A DNA stretch of 64,000 nt from Hormiphora californensis. Lineage: Eukaryota; Animalia; Ctenophora. Both the position numbers and the translations under genes were made by a program. The number at the start of each line of letters is the position of its first letter. The stretch's first letter is position 1. Shown piece by piece: positions 12,566 to 24,881 of the stretch. The stretch lies in assembly GCA_020137815.1 (NCBI GenBank), contig CM035350.1, positions 5,084,001-5,148,000 on the forward strand, read 5' to 3'. A model generated the notes under the pieces. That model had not been told where the DNA came from. It was given only the letters and a program-made list of their open reading frames with translations, and made no database searches.

Positions 12566-15164
12566 TTGTTGAGCAACAGGGAAGAAGCATCCTAAGAAAA
12601 CATCATGAGAGACGTTGCTACTCATTTTCATATTATATAAACAAAAAAGGGCGGATTAATACGGCACCTGCGTCAAAGATAGAAAGGGTAAATAGGTAGG
12701 TTCTACCATTCGAAAATATAACCTAAATGGGCAAGGTTCCAAGCTAGGATTTCTAAATTTAGCCTTGACATGTGACTGTGGGAGTTCAATAACCGGCTAT
12801 GCGCGCGCAGACAATGCTGTGCTTTATCGCGCGGAGAAGTCAGCATGTCAAGTGCCCGCCGCTGCTCACTATATCAGTTGATAGAGCGCAGCAATAAACA
12901 TTGAACATGAGGTCACGCAGGATGGGGGGGGGGGTAGATTGGCTAGTGAGGCAGTGTCACACAGATATTGTAAAGACGGTCTAGCTAGGCAAACGGAAAA
13001 TTGAACTTGAAACTGTCAAACAAATGGCCACCTATCCACTCAGCTGTCCTTTCCTCTCTCATCACGTCAAAACAGACAAATATAAACTCGATCAACCCAG
13101 TAGTTTACAATTTAGGCACTTAAACGGAACAGGGTTGAAATTAAAATTAAAGAGCGATCTATCATTGTGCTGTTGTATGAACAATACAAATCTATCATAT
13201 CTTTCATCTGAGAAACTGGGGCCAAAACCGTTCAGCAAAACAGAAACTGATCAACCGTTACTTTTGAAGTGGTTACCTGTCACGCTTATCTATTAGAGAT
13301 AAAGGGAGGGGAAGTGAATGGTGGAGAGATAGATAGAGAGAGAGAGAGAAAGAAAGAGCGAGGGAGGGACTTTTGCGTGATATCTCAATATTTTGCGTCG
13401 GCTCTCCACCGGCCCTCCCGGCCATCTCGTATTTCACGACTTAGTGAAATTTTGCAATTTTCAACCTACCCCTACTACAACATGGAGACAGCCAAAAAGG
13501 AACAGCCAACTACATCCTCCAAACAGATAAGACCGTTCATTTTATATTTTATATTCATTACCATCCTTCCTGTCTTTGCTCGTGTAGAAAGAGAAGAAAG
13601 GGAGGCCGGTAATGAGGTTATCAGTGTTTTTACAGTCAGTTTGTTGTCACATCCTGTTTGTTCTCTCGTTCAGGGTCTTGGCCACACCCTTTCTTTCCCA
13701 TGATTTCCCGCCCGGTTCTGGTCAGCGTTATAGTGGTCCCTCCCCCTGGTCCCCCCTTTGCTCGTTTCTCCCTTCCTGTTCCGGTCTATGGGCCCTTCCT
13801 CCGGCCTGGCTCTTCTCGGGACTTGGGGCGGCTTTACTTATAGTACTAGTTTGGTTTACAGTGTTCTACCCAGTTCGAGTCTTTTTTGTGCTTTATCAGG
13901 ATTCACTCACTCACCAGCCCTTCCCTTGGATTTTAGTATTATACTTCTTTTCCTTTTCATCCAGAGTTGAGCTCTTTTCCTTTCCTTATTCAATATTATC
14001 AATCTTCCTGTAGTATAAGTGTTCATTAAAAAAACCCGCACCACCTCCCCCCCCCCCGCCCCCAGCTTTTTTTTTCGTTTTGTATAGAGTGAGTCTCCAG
14101 GTATAGCAAACCTGGGGTATTGCGGCCTCTCATTAGTTCCAGCTGTTCGGAGCTGTAGGATAGCTAGGCCCCTGAGTGTAGGAGCTAGAGCTGAGCAGAG
14201 TAGTAGAGACCCGAGCAATTTTCCTTCTCTTTCAGGTCCCAGGCGCCCTGTAGCCCCGCCTCTCAGACTGACCCCGGTACAGTCCTCCCAGACTGGACCA
14301 ACCCCCCTGACTATTCTCGCAAAGGCAAAACGTTACCTATCCTGACTAGTCCCCAACCACAAACAGCCGTGCTACATCTCAAAGGAAAAACGCTACCTAT
14401 CCAGTCACCCCTGACGTGCTACAATCTCAAAGGAAAAACGCTACCTATCCAGCCATATCATCCCAGATGTGCTACAACCTCTGTCCCCGCACCTCTCCAG
14501 TCAACCCTCCCGTTTGGAACTCCACCCACACACCTAACCCGTCCGATATACCTATGGTGTTCTTCCACCTCTCCCCATTTTGCTACCACATCCTCCTCTT
14601 CCCTTTACTCCTACCCCCTCTCCTTCTCCAGCTCCTTGTACCCGCTACTACCCATTGAACCCTCCCGTTCGAACACCACCCCCACATCCTACCCGTCCCT
14701 CAACAGTTAACACAAAGGGTGCCCTCCCATTTTGTACTTCCCCTATCATAGCCCCTTCCCCTGCTTGCCCATAATCCCGCCCTCTCTCATGCTCCAGCTC
14801 CCCATCCTCCTGTCATCTTTCCTTCCCCTGACCCTTCCCGCCTTTTCCCTCCACTCGTGGTTCTCCCCCTGTCCAGGTCCCTCATTATCTCACTTATTTT
14901 CAGGGTTTTATTTTAATGCCCTCCTTCAGTGCTTTGTTCTCTCTCTTCCTCTCTCTTGCTCTATCTCTCTCTCCCCGGTTCGGTGTGTGTGTGCCCCCAT
15001 ATCTTCTAATTAGTTGTCCCAATCATCTTCAGCCCAATTAGGGTCTGGTTTCCCCCACTATCTTGATATTGAATTATCACCCTGCCATTCGACTAGCCGG
15101 TCTTCTTGTTGGACTTCCACCCTCGTGACTGCCTGCGTGACCCCTCACGGTCCTCATCTCCTTT

Positions 15165-15223
<59 letters not shown>

Positions 15224-15246
15224 CTTCTCTCTCTCTCTCTCTCTCT

Positions 15247-15298
<52 letters not shown>

Positions 15299-15308
15299 CC
15301 TCTCTCTC

Positions 15309-15370
<62 letters not shown>

Positions 15371-15397
15371 TCTCTCTCTCTCTTCCTCTCTCTCTCC

Positions 15398-15481
<84 letters not shown>
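15165..15481. repeat. (CT)n microsatellite
   Basis: Interrupted CT run. Confidence 0.95.
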
Positions 15482-15483
<2 letters not shown>

Positions 15484-15634
15484 ATGTTCAGATTCTCCAA
15501 AAGTGTTCCCCAAGCCTACAAGCGATAGTGGTAGTACCAACGAAAAACCTGGCACACCAAGTGAAACAAGTGTTTACCTCAACCTTCTCAACCTTCTTTC
15601 CCTACCATGTATCCCATATATCACCAATCATTAC

Positions 15635-16450
15635 ACTAGCCACACCTAGTTCATTCTGCAGTTATCCTGCCTATCATTGCATTGGTCACAACTAGTTCAT
15701 TCTGCAGTTATCCTGCATATCACCACACTAGTCACACCCAGTTCATTCTGCATTTATCCTGCCTATCATTGCACTAGTCACACTTAGTTCATTCTGCGGT
15801 TATCCTGCATATCACTACACTAGTCACACCCAGTTCATTCTGCAGTTATCCTGCATATCACCACACTAGTCACACCCAGTTCATTCTGCAGTTATCCTGC
15901 CTATCATTGCACTAGTCACACTTAGTTCATTCTGCAGTTATCCTGCATATCACCACACTAGTCACACCCAGTTCATTCTGCAGTTATCCTGCCTATCATT
16001 GCACTATAGTCACACTTAGTTCATTCTGCAGTTATCCTGCATATCACCACACTAGTCACACCCAGTTCATTCTGCAGTTGCAGTTATCCTGCCTATCATT
16101 GCACTATAAGTCACACTTAGTTCATTCTGCAGTTATCCTGCATATCACCACACTAGTCACACCCAGTTCATTCTGCAGTTATCCTGCCTATCATTGCACT
16201 AGTCACACTTAGTTCATTCTGCAGTTATCCTGCATATCACCACACTAGTCACACCCAGTTCATTCTGCAGTTATCCTGCCTATCATTGCACTAGTCACAC
16301 TTAGTTCATTCTGCAGTTATCCTGCATATCACCACACTAGTCACACCCAGTTCATTCTGCAGTTATCCTGCCTATCATTGCAATAGTCACACTTAGTTCA
16401 TTCTGCAGTTATCCTGCATATCATTGCACTAGTCACACCCAGTTCATTCT
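15635..16450. repeat. 46-bp minisatellite (~17 units, A/B alternation giving 92-bp dimer)
   Basis: AGTCACACCCAGTTCATTCTGCAGTTATCCTGCCTATCATTGCACT alternating with AGTCACACTTAGTTCATTCTGCAGTTATCCTGCATATCACCACACT. Confidence 0.95.
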
Positions 16451-16929
16451 CCCTCTCTCTTTCTCTCTCTCCCCCTCTCGCTATCGTCGACATGATGATA
16501 GGAGCCAGCCGGGATGTTATCTTTATATGCAATGTGTATATTGATTTTATCCTCTCCCTCTACCTCCCTCTACCCCCATCACCCCTCCCCCTCCCCTCCT
16601 CCTCTCTCGTATCCCACACCAACAACCTACCTCACCCAATCAAAAACTAAAGACAACCTCGCCAAAGGCTTGAGAGTAAGATGACTGGATCGCCCAGAGT
16701 CGCCCACACTCTAATAGAGTGAGCACTCTCTGGCGGACCTGTTCATGACGACAGACATTTGACCAAGCGTTGGGCCCCCTATGCACAAGGCTACCTCGTT
16801 TCCCTAATTGGATACTTTCGAGAGTAGTTGTAAGGTGGGATTCCGGGTTATGCCGTCGCTACCAGGGAGGTAGAGGACTTGGTACACCTTAGCTTAGTGC
16901 CCCAAAAAAAAAAAAAAAAAAAAAAGAGC

Positions 16930-16979
<50 letters not shown>

Positions 16980-17601
16980 GAGAGGGGGGGAGAGAGAAAG
17001 TTTAAAAAAGGCCGAAGTTAGGTGGTAGTACGTGCATGTTACCTTCTCCAGTTCCTGGGCCCAGGACCTCTTTGTATCATGTGATATCTCACCCCTTTGA
17101 TTCTCTCTCCTTCCATTCTTTGTTATTAGTCCCCTTGGTCCCTTGTATAAACAACACTCGGAGACATACCAAGCCACTGTTTTCCGTTATCTAGTGTGTT
17201 GTTGTATGCTAGGACCCCTCCCTGTAAAATATATAGTTCTAACTGCTAGTTTTCATGTTATATGTTTGTTGCTTTGTTTCGATAATCCTACTGGCTACTA
17301 CATGACGTGTCATGTGCCTGCTCAGTATAATATCGGGTTGCTACTCAGCCCACTTTTAGACTGAGTGTTCTTAGAAAAGCCTGCCTTCTCCAATGCACGG
17401 CCCAAGTATAATACAGATCATCGTTCTCCGACTGGCCAAATAATCTCGTTACGTTCAATGTTTGTCTTCCATCACTTCTGTTGTATCTTCAAGGCCCTGA
17501 TCTGCCGGAGAAATAGGAAGAATAATATGTATGCCCTCTAAATATCACTATGATATTCCATTAGTTCTCAGTCTCACAGTTTGATTTGTTTTGTAGCCGT
17601 C

Positions 17602-20600
17602 ATGTCTTCAGAGGAAAACTCAATTCTCAAAGAGGAGGTTGGAGAGCAGAGAGTGGAGAACGGGGAACGAGGGGAGTTCGGGAGACATCTAGAGGAACTA
17701 GGATATTTCGGGGGAGAGCTAGAGGAAGGAGGAAAAATAGACTTGGTTGTGACTAACAGCCTAGCTTTTGATGACGGTAAGGACTAAAAATAGTTTGGTA
17801 CTAATCAGGAACCGACCGAAATAAGTAAACAACCAATCAGAACTCGTTATTTAGGTCATGTGACTGGTTATCAGCCAATCAGGGACCAGTATTTCCTGAT
17901 TCGGTCGGTTCCTGGTACTAATGTAAGGCAATACTATTTGTAAGCAAGTTCCAAGCAAATTAGACACGTTCAGGCTCATGAAAACTAAACAGCGGGGTGA
18001 GCATCAGATGTACATGTTCCCTCTCTCACCGAATCCAATGTGGTCAATGAGAAATGATACAGATGGTGTGCCGTGTGAGAATATAACAGATGGCTAAATA
18101 GGAAACCAAACACTATTCTCACGTTGTTAAACCACTGTCAAATAGCTCCACTGCCATCTTCTCACCAGAATGGCAGTGATACAATGGGGTGGCTTGTGAA
18201 GCATTAACTAGCTTGTTGTAACGATACCACGCTAGTGTGCAATGCAAAGTGCAATTTATTTCACTGCTCTCATCCCTAGATCAATGATCTCATTTCACAG
18301 ATAAGAAAGGAACCCAACGCAATACTGATGATTCATTAGATCATTCTAGTAGGTCACCCTAGTAGGTCACACATTTCGCTGATAAAACCCCTCCCTCCCT
18401 ACAGACTCTGATGGTGAGGACGATAGAAGTGAGTCCATGTCCCGGTCCACACAAGGAGGTGACCGGTCCACACAAGGAGGTGACGGGAGGAAGGACTCCA
18501 CAGTGGCAAATCAGCGCCATATTGGTGTTCCCACATACAAGAAGAACAGCCTCGCACAGCACCACATGCGACGCAGAATCTCCAAAACAGTCCGCCTATC
18601 AAGAAGCGAACGGCCGGAAGAGTCACCGTAAGAAGAAGCGTAACATATCCTTCATGGAGGCTGAACAGGTGGAGGGTTGTACCAAGTTGTTCCATACCAG
18701 GAGAAGAGTGATTGGGTTGAAGAACTTGTCATGACTGAGGCAAGGGCAGTGCGAGATGTAGAGAAGTTTCCTGGCACACCCTATCGTGCTATTCAAGGTT
18801 CACCACACCCTCTGGGAAGATATTGTCGAGGAGATGATCTGTAAACTGTGCACGGAGAAACCCCACCTACACCTGGACTGTTGAACAGACCATCAAGAGT
18901 GTGATTAGTAATGACGCTGATTACGTCATACCCGAGTGTATCCAGGGAATCACCATGAACAGTCAGGGTATCCCAGTAACGGAGCAGAGTTATATCGTTG
19001 TCATGGGTGCGATGGAAACAGTGAACGAGAATCAGGTGATAATGGCCTATATTGGAGCATCCTTTCAACTTTGGGCGGGGAGCTGAGGAGATCCGGTTTA
19101 TCTGCCTTGTCCTTTGTCCAACGAAGACAAAGCAAACAAAATCAGCGATCCAGGTAGCCAGGACTTATGCAACATTGCTGGCCGATGATAGGCTGAGACA
19201 CTCCCTCCTTGAAACTCACTCATCCGAAGAGTTTGCAAGAGAGTTTGAGTTGGAGTGTAACAGAATTCATAAACAACACGAGAGGAAGGAGAAAATTGCC
19301 ACCATGTCGATCAAATCTTCAATTGCAGAGGAACCAGAGAGCTGGCTTCCCTGTAAGGACCTCATCAAGGACATCAGGGAGGGGTACAAGACTTACTTCC
19401 AGGACTACATTGAGGAACTGAAGAGCACCACGAGCATACAGAAGATCATATCAACCACACTTTTCCTATACTTTTCCCTCCTACTCCCCGGGCTGGCATT
19501 CGGGGTGCTGCTCTCAAAGTCTACTGGTGACAGGGTGGATGCTAAAAACGTGGTGGTTGCCCAGTGTTTTGGGGGTGTCATGTGGGGCCTGCTGGCCGGG
19601 CAGCCACTCGTCGTGGTGTGGACTACTATTCCCGTTATAATATACACAAAGATCATCTACCAAATCAGTCTGAACTGGGACGAGGGAGGGGACTTCTTTT
19701 ACACCTTCTACGCCATGACGGGTCTCTCTAACGCATTCTTTCTCATTGTATACGCGGTGTGTGGGGCTAGTAAAGTCATGGCCTACTGCTCTCGCTCCAC
19801 AGAGGAGATTGTGGGCCTGTTTGTGTCCATTGCCTTCATGGTGGAAGCTATCAAGTACATCGTGGGCCAGTTCACTAACTACTACTGCTTCCCAGACCTC
19901 CTTAGCAATGCGACAACTCATCGAAGCGTCAGGGCCGCTTACGATGATAGCACTGAGTATGAATGTGATCCCAACAAGCCACTTCTCTCTCTACTTCTGG
20001 TGGTCATCACGGTGTTTGTTGGTGTCCAGATCTTTAACTTCAAGTACAGCCACTACCTCAATGATGTGAAGCGGGTGATTGTCGCTGATTATGCCATTGT
20101 GGTGGCGGTTATTGCAGGCTCAGGACTGGGAACGTATGTATTTGGGGATATCTTGTTGGCACATTTCTCGGTTAATGAGGATCGGCCTATCTTTCAGCTA
20201 GTCCAGCTGCAACAGCCCTCTGCAGGCTCAGTCATTGCTGCAATTGGGATGGGTCTAGTCATGTCCATTCTGTTCTTTATGGAAGGAAACATTGCAGAGA
20301 GTGTGGTGTCGAGTTCTTCCAACAAATTGAAGCGGCTTCCTACCTACCATCTTGACATGCTGGTTACAGGTGTTATCAACGCCATCCTCTCCATCTTCTG
20401 TCTGCCCCTTGTACACGGATCCCTGCCACACTCCCCCCTGCACGTGCGAGCCCTGGCTGACATCGAGGAGAGAGTGGAGAACGGACACCTCACGGAGAAA
20501 GTCCTGTATGTCAGGGAGACTCGGATAACTAACGTTGTGGCGCACATTCTAATTGGTTGTTCCATCCTCATGATCCCATACCCTCTCAATATCATACCAG

Positions 20601-20923
20601 TCCCAGTGCTGTATGCCCTCTTCGTGTACCTGGCCATCACCTCCCTTGGTGAGTTCCAAATGTGGGAGCGGTTCTGTCTCATCTTCACCGAGCAGAGCTT
20701 ATACCCCCACAATCACTATGTGAGGAAGGTCCCACAGAAGGTTATCCACTGCTTTACAACACTCCAAGTTATCCAGCTGGGGGCACTCTGTCTTATTTCA
20801 TTTGCTGGCACCGTCAACCTCAAGATATTCTTCCCCTTTATTATCATTATACTGATGCCAATAAGAGAGAAGATACTCCCTGCCCTCATATCCAAGAGGC
20901 ATCTTTTGACATTGGACAGTTAA
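17602..20923 (+). CDS. SLC4A11: SLC4A11-like (borate/H+ transporter, SLC4 family); N-terminal part has several apparent frameshifts
   Basis: ORF 19052-20923: NFG...EIRF, STTLFLYF..LLPGLAFG, AGQPLVV, SRSTEEI, LPHSPLHVRALA, ETRITN, IPVPVLY, HYVRKVPQ..IH.FT..Q; upstream LKN..TEARAVRD..KF broken by indels near 18725, 18769, 18878, 19050; exon 1 17602-17776. Confidence 0.88.
17806..17914. mobile_element. Short hAT MITE
   Basis: TIR CAGGAACCGACCGAA; perfect 8-bp TSD GTACTAAT (17798-17805, 17915-17922). Confidence 0.9.
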
Positions 20924-21169
20924 ACATATGACTGATATTTGATCTTGTTTTGATGCAAGATGTAACGAAGAAGTTATTGTAACACTTGTTTATTGAGAAT
21001 AGCGACCCATTTTTAAACAATATGATGACCCTTAAAAAATAATGATATCAACTGAAACCAGACAAGAATAAATAATGACAATAAACCAGCAAATCGTGAG
21101 CAATAAACCAGCAAATCGTGAGTCACTGAGTCAGTTGTTGCAGGAGATCTGCCCTCCGTGGTTGTGTTT

Positions 21170-21560
21170 TTGAGAACTTTATGGAGTGTTTTTTACTAAG
21201 ATTGCAAGAATTACCATTTGAGTTGGATACCATTAAACTTTAAAATTCAGAATTGAGCCTTTTTATTGCCTTCAATGGAGTAACAAATCACATCGTCACC
21301 ACCGACAATCAACATTATCAATATATTTGATATTCAGCGTTGTAGTGCATGGTGTTTATGTGGGATAATTACAAACGTTGGGTCTGACCCAGAAAAAGTT
21401 GACAAGATTAGCATGTGAAACTTCATACTTGGACTATTCTATACACTCATTCAAGGTTTTTATTTGGATCTTGCATACCCCAAGAAGTGTTGAATTAGTT
21501 GAATTGTTCATACTTTATTTTTTTCACGGAAACAGTGTCAAGCAAATCAAGTTTTTAGGC
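21170..21560 (+). pseudogene. Possible degenerate IS630/Tc1-like transposase fragment
   Basis: GLTQKKLTRLACE resembles the G.T.KKL motif of Tc1/IS630 transposases; frame otherwise broken. Confidence 0.3.
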
Positions 21561-21581
21561 ATCTACCTTACTTACTGTATA

Positions 21582-24552
21582 CCGTAAGTTGGGGTAACTT
21601 TGTTTTGCAGGGTAACTTTGGACACTTTCAAAATTTGGCTTTAGTCCAAAATTACCAACAGATAACGAGAGATTTGGAAAAATTTTCGGGTGTACAAGTA
21701 ACTGACCCACAAATGTCTAACTAACGGTACAATTATTTTTTCCAAGTCTATGCTAATTAGCTCCTAATTAGGGTCAAACATAATTGATGTCAAAATCGCT
21801 AAAAATGTTCAAATCAAAATGGGTACCATAGATCTGACCGGGCAAATAATCGAATCAAGTTTGCTCCATAGAGTGGAAGGGTTTCGATCAAATAATTCGG
21901 GGCACCATTTTTCAAATCCGACCAATTACTTTAATTGAGACTAATTGGGGTGGCTAATGTTACCCCACCATATTTTGAATTTTGGGGTAACTTTGGACGG
22001 GGTGCCAAAGTTACCCCATACTACATGTTTTGAACTTTTGATGTCTGCAGAGTTGCCTTAAACCCTCTCTGACTTGTTTAGAACCATCTGACCAAGATTT
22101 AGCCCGATCCATGCCCATTTTCATCGATCTATTCTCTAAAGGTAGTAAAAAACAGAATTATTTCTACTTTATCGACCTAAATCATCCGACCTGAAACGGG
22201 GGGGGGGTCTCATGTTGGTTTTGTTGTTTTTGTTGTTTTTGTTGGTACACGAATTATGTACTAACAAACCACATATAGGTATACTACCAACAAACACCAA
22301 CAAAACCAACAAAACCAACAAAAGTTAGTTTTGTTAGTTTTGTTTGTTAGTTTTGTTGGTTTTGTTAGTACTAACAAAACTAACAAAATTAACAAAACTA
22401 ACAGAACATTTTGTTGGTTTTGTTTGTTAGTTTTGTTGGTTTTGTTAGTACTAACAAAAACTAACAAAACATTTTGTTAGTTTTGTTTGTTAGTTTTGTT
22501 TGTTAGTTTTGTTGAGATTTGTTAATGTTAAACTTAAAGTTTTGTTGACTCAACAAAACAACTAATCTCAACAAACTAACAAACCTCAACAAAACAACAA
22601 ATCTCAACAAACTAACAAATCTCAACACAACCAACAAATCTCGACACAACCAACAAATCTCAACAAAACAACCAATCTCAACAAACTAACATATCTCAAC
22701 AAAACAAAAAATCTCAACAAACTAACAAATCTCAACTCAACCAAAAAATTTCAACAAAACAACAAATTTTAACAAAACAACAAATCTCAACAAACTAACA
22801 AATCTCGACACAACCAACAAATCTCAACAAAACAACCAATCTCAACAAACTAACAAATCTCAACACAACCAACAAATCTCAACACAACTTAACCAACAAA
22901 TCTCAACAAACCAAAAAATCTCAACAAACTAACAAATCTCGACACAAGTCACAACCAACAAATCTCAACAAACTGACAACTCTCAACTCAACCAACAAAT
23001 CTCAACAAAACAACAAATCTCAACATACTAACAAATCTCAACAAAACTTCATTGAGATTTGTTGTTTTGTTGAGATTTGTTGTTTTGTTGATATTTGTTG
23101 GTTGAGTTGAGATTTGTTAGTATGTTGAGATTTGTTGAGATTTGTTGTTTTGTTGATATTAGTTGGTTGAGTTGAGATTTGTTGTTTTGTTGAGATTTGT
23201 TGGTTGTGACTTGTGTCGAGATTTGTTAGTTTGTTGAGATTTTTTGGTTTGTTGAGATTTGTTGGTTAAGTTGTGTTAAGATTTGTTAGTTTGTTGAGAT
23301 TTGTTGTTTTGTTGAGATTTGTTGGTTGTGTTGAGATTTGTTAGTTTGTTGAGATTTGTTGTTTTGTTGAGATTTGTTGTTTTGTTGAGATTTGTTAGTT
23401 TGTTGAGATTTGTTATTTTGTTGAGATTTGTTGTTTTGTTGAGATTTGTTGGTTGTGTTGAGATTTGTTAGTTTGTTGAGATTTGTTGGTTGTGTTGTGA
23501 TTTGTTAGTCCTTTGTTATAATATTATTTTTGTTAGTCACAAACAAAACAACTAAGCCAACTAACAAAACCAACAAAATTCACCAACAAAGCCAATAAAA
23601 CCAACAAAATTAACAAACAAAACCAAGAAACTAACAAAACCAACAAAACCAACAAAAAAAAACTAACAAACAAAACCAACAAAATCAACAAACAAAACAA
23701 ACAAAATCAACAAACAAACAAAACCAACAAACAAAATTTTTGTTATGTTTGTTTTGTTTGTTGGTGCCAAAAAAACGTCCATACTACCAACAACCAACAT
23801 GAGACCCCCCCCCCCCCCCCTGAAACCCATCAAACTTCAATAATTTGGGGTCCCTCATCCATTCTGTAGCTTGGTAGATGGTATTGACCCTCTAGGCGAG
23901 TCTATTAGTTCTTGTGGACATTCTATCCAGGAACACAGACACCAAAACTCCTTTATTTAGCCAGTACCCATAAGTGTCCGGCCACTTCCTGGCGGTCCAA
24001 TTCAGTAAAAAGAACTAATACTGCCGCCTAGGGGGCCAATACCACCTACCAAGCTAGAGGGTGGATGAGGGACCCCAAATTATTGAAGTTTGATGTGTTT
24101 TAGGACGGTTGTTTGTGATTTAGCTCCAATAAATAGACCAAATCCTCGTTTATTCACTACATTTAGCGAGTAGATGGTTGAAAACGGGTGTGGATTGGGC
24201 TGAATCTTGGTCATATGGTCCTAAACAAGTCAGAGAGGGTCTAAGGCAACTCTACAAACGCTCATATCGAAAACCTCAACATTTTACGTTCATTTATTTA
24301 TCATTGCAAAATGTGTCCAAAGTTACCCCACCCTCATTCCAAAGTTACCCCATGCCCTAAAACCCCACTTACACTAAAATACGTGTTAATTAATCTAATT
24401 AAATGAGACGGGACCAAAAATTTCACTAGTTATATCTGGTGTACTGGGTCTGGAACGGGATTATTTGGTTCAAAAATTTTCGAGTGTGGTTCTGGCAAGG
24501 AGTTATTTTAGGAGAATGCTAAAAAGTGGTACAAAGTTACCCCAACTTACGG
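21582..24552. mobile_element. Tc1/pogo-type element (A) inserted in left TIR of B
   Basis: TIR CCGTAAGTTGGGGTAACTTTG, TA TSD, repeated GGGGTAACTTTG subterminal motifs. Confidence 0.85.
22198..23818. mobile_element. Foldback element (E) with poly-G termini and palindromic AACAAA-rich arrays, inside A
   Basis: G-run+TCTCATGTTGGTT / AACCAACATGAGA+C-run; 8-bp TSD CCTGAAAC; (AACAAATCTCAACAA)-type array flips orientation at ~23050. Confidence 0.8.
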
Positions 24553-24881
24553 TATTAGCCAACCTAAAATTAAGAATATGGCCAAAAAATATTCTTAATT
24601 TTGTTATTCTTAATTTTAGAGTTCCTTATTTTTCTACAATCTGATGAGGGAATGCGTATCATGGAGAGTGGCTAGAGAGCATCTGGCATCATTGATGCGT
24701 TGAAGAGTGCACGTAGTGACAGTGTTGTAAATGATTTAGTTGACCCCTTTGCTCCAATGACAATTTGAAACAAGTATGGATTGTGTTTTAGCTGATTTTA
24801 GCCCTTTTATCCAAATTTTGATTCTTCGCTAGAAAATTTATTCTTAATTTTGTTATTCTTAATTTTAGAAGCGTTAATTAA

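Larger units (their letters stand above)
13367..16922 (+). mobile_element. Non-coding polyA-tailed retroposon with 14-bp TSD
   Basis: AAAGAGCGAGGGAG at 13353-13366 and 16923-16936; ~20-nt polyA at 16903-16922; inserted in a (GA)n tract; no RT or long credible ORF. Confidence 0.7.

Noticed and set aside
15635-16450. CRISPR-like regular array
   Set aside because: Intervening segments are two alternating fixed variants, not unique spacers; eukaryotic context and no cas genes
21400-21420. U6-like AAGATTAGCATG
   Set aside because: Only 12 nt; no ACAGAGA box or flanking U6 sequence
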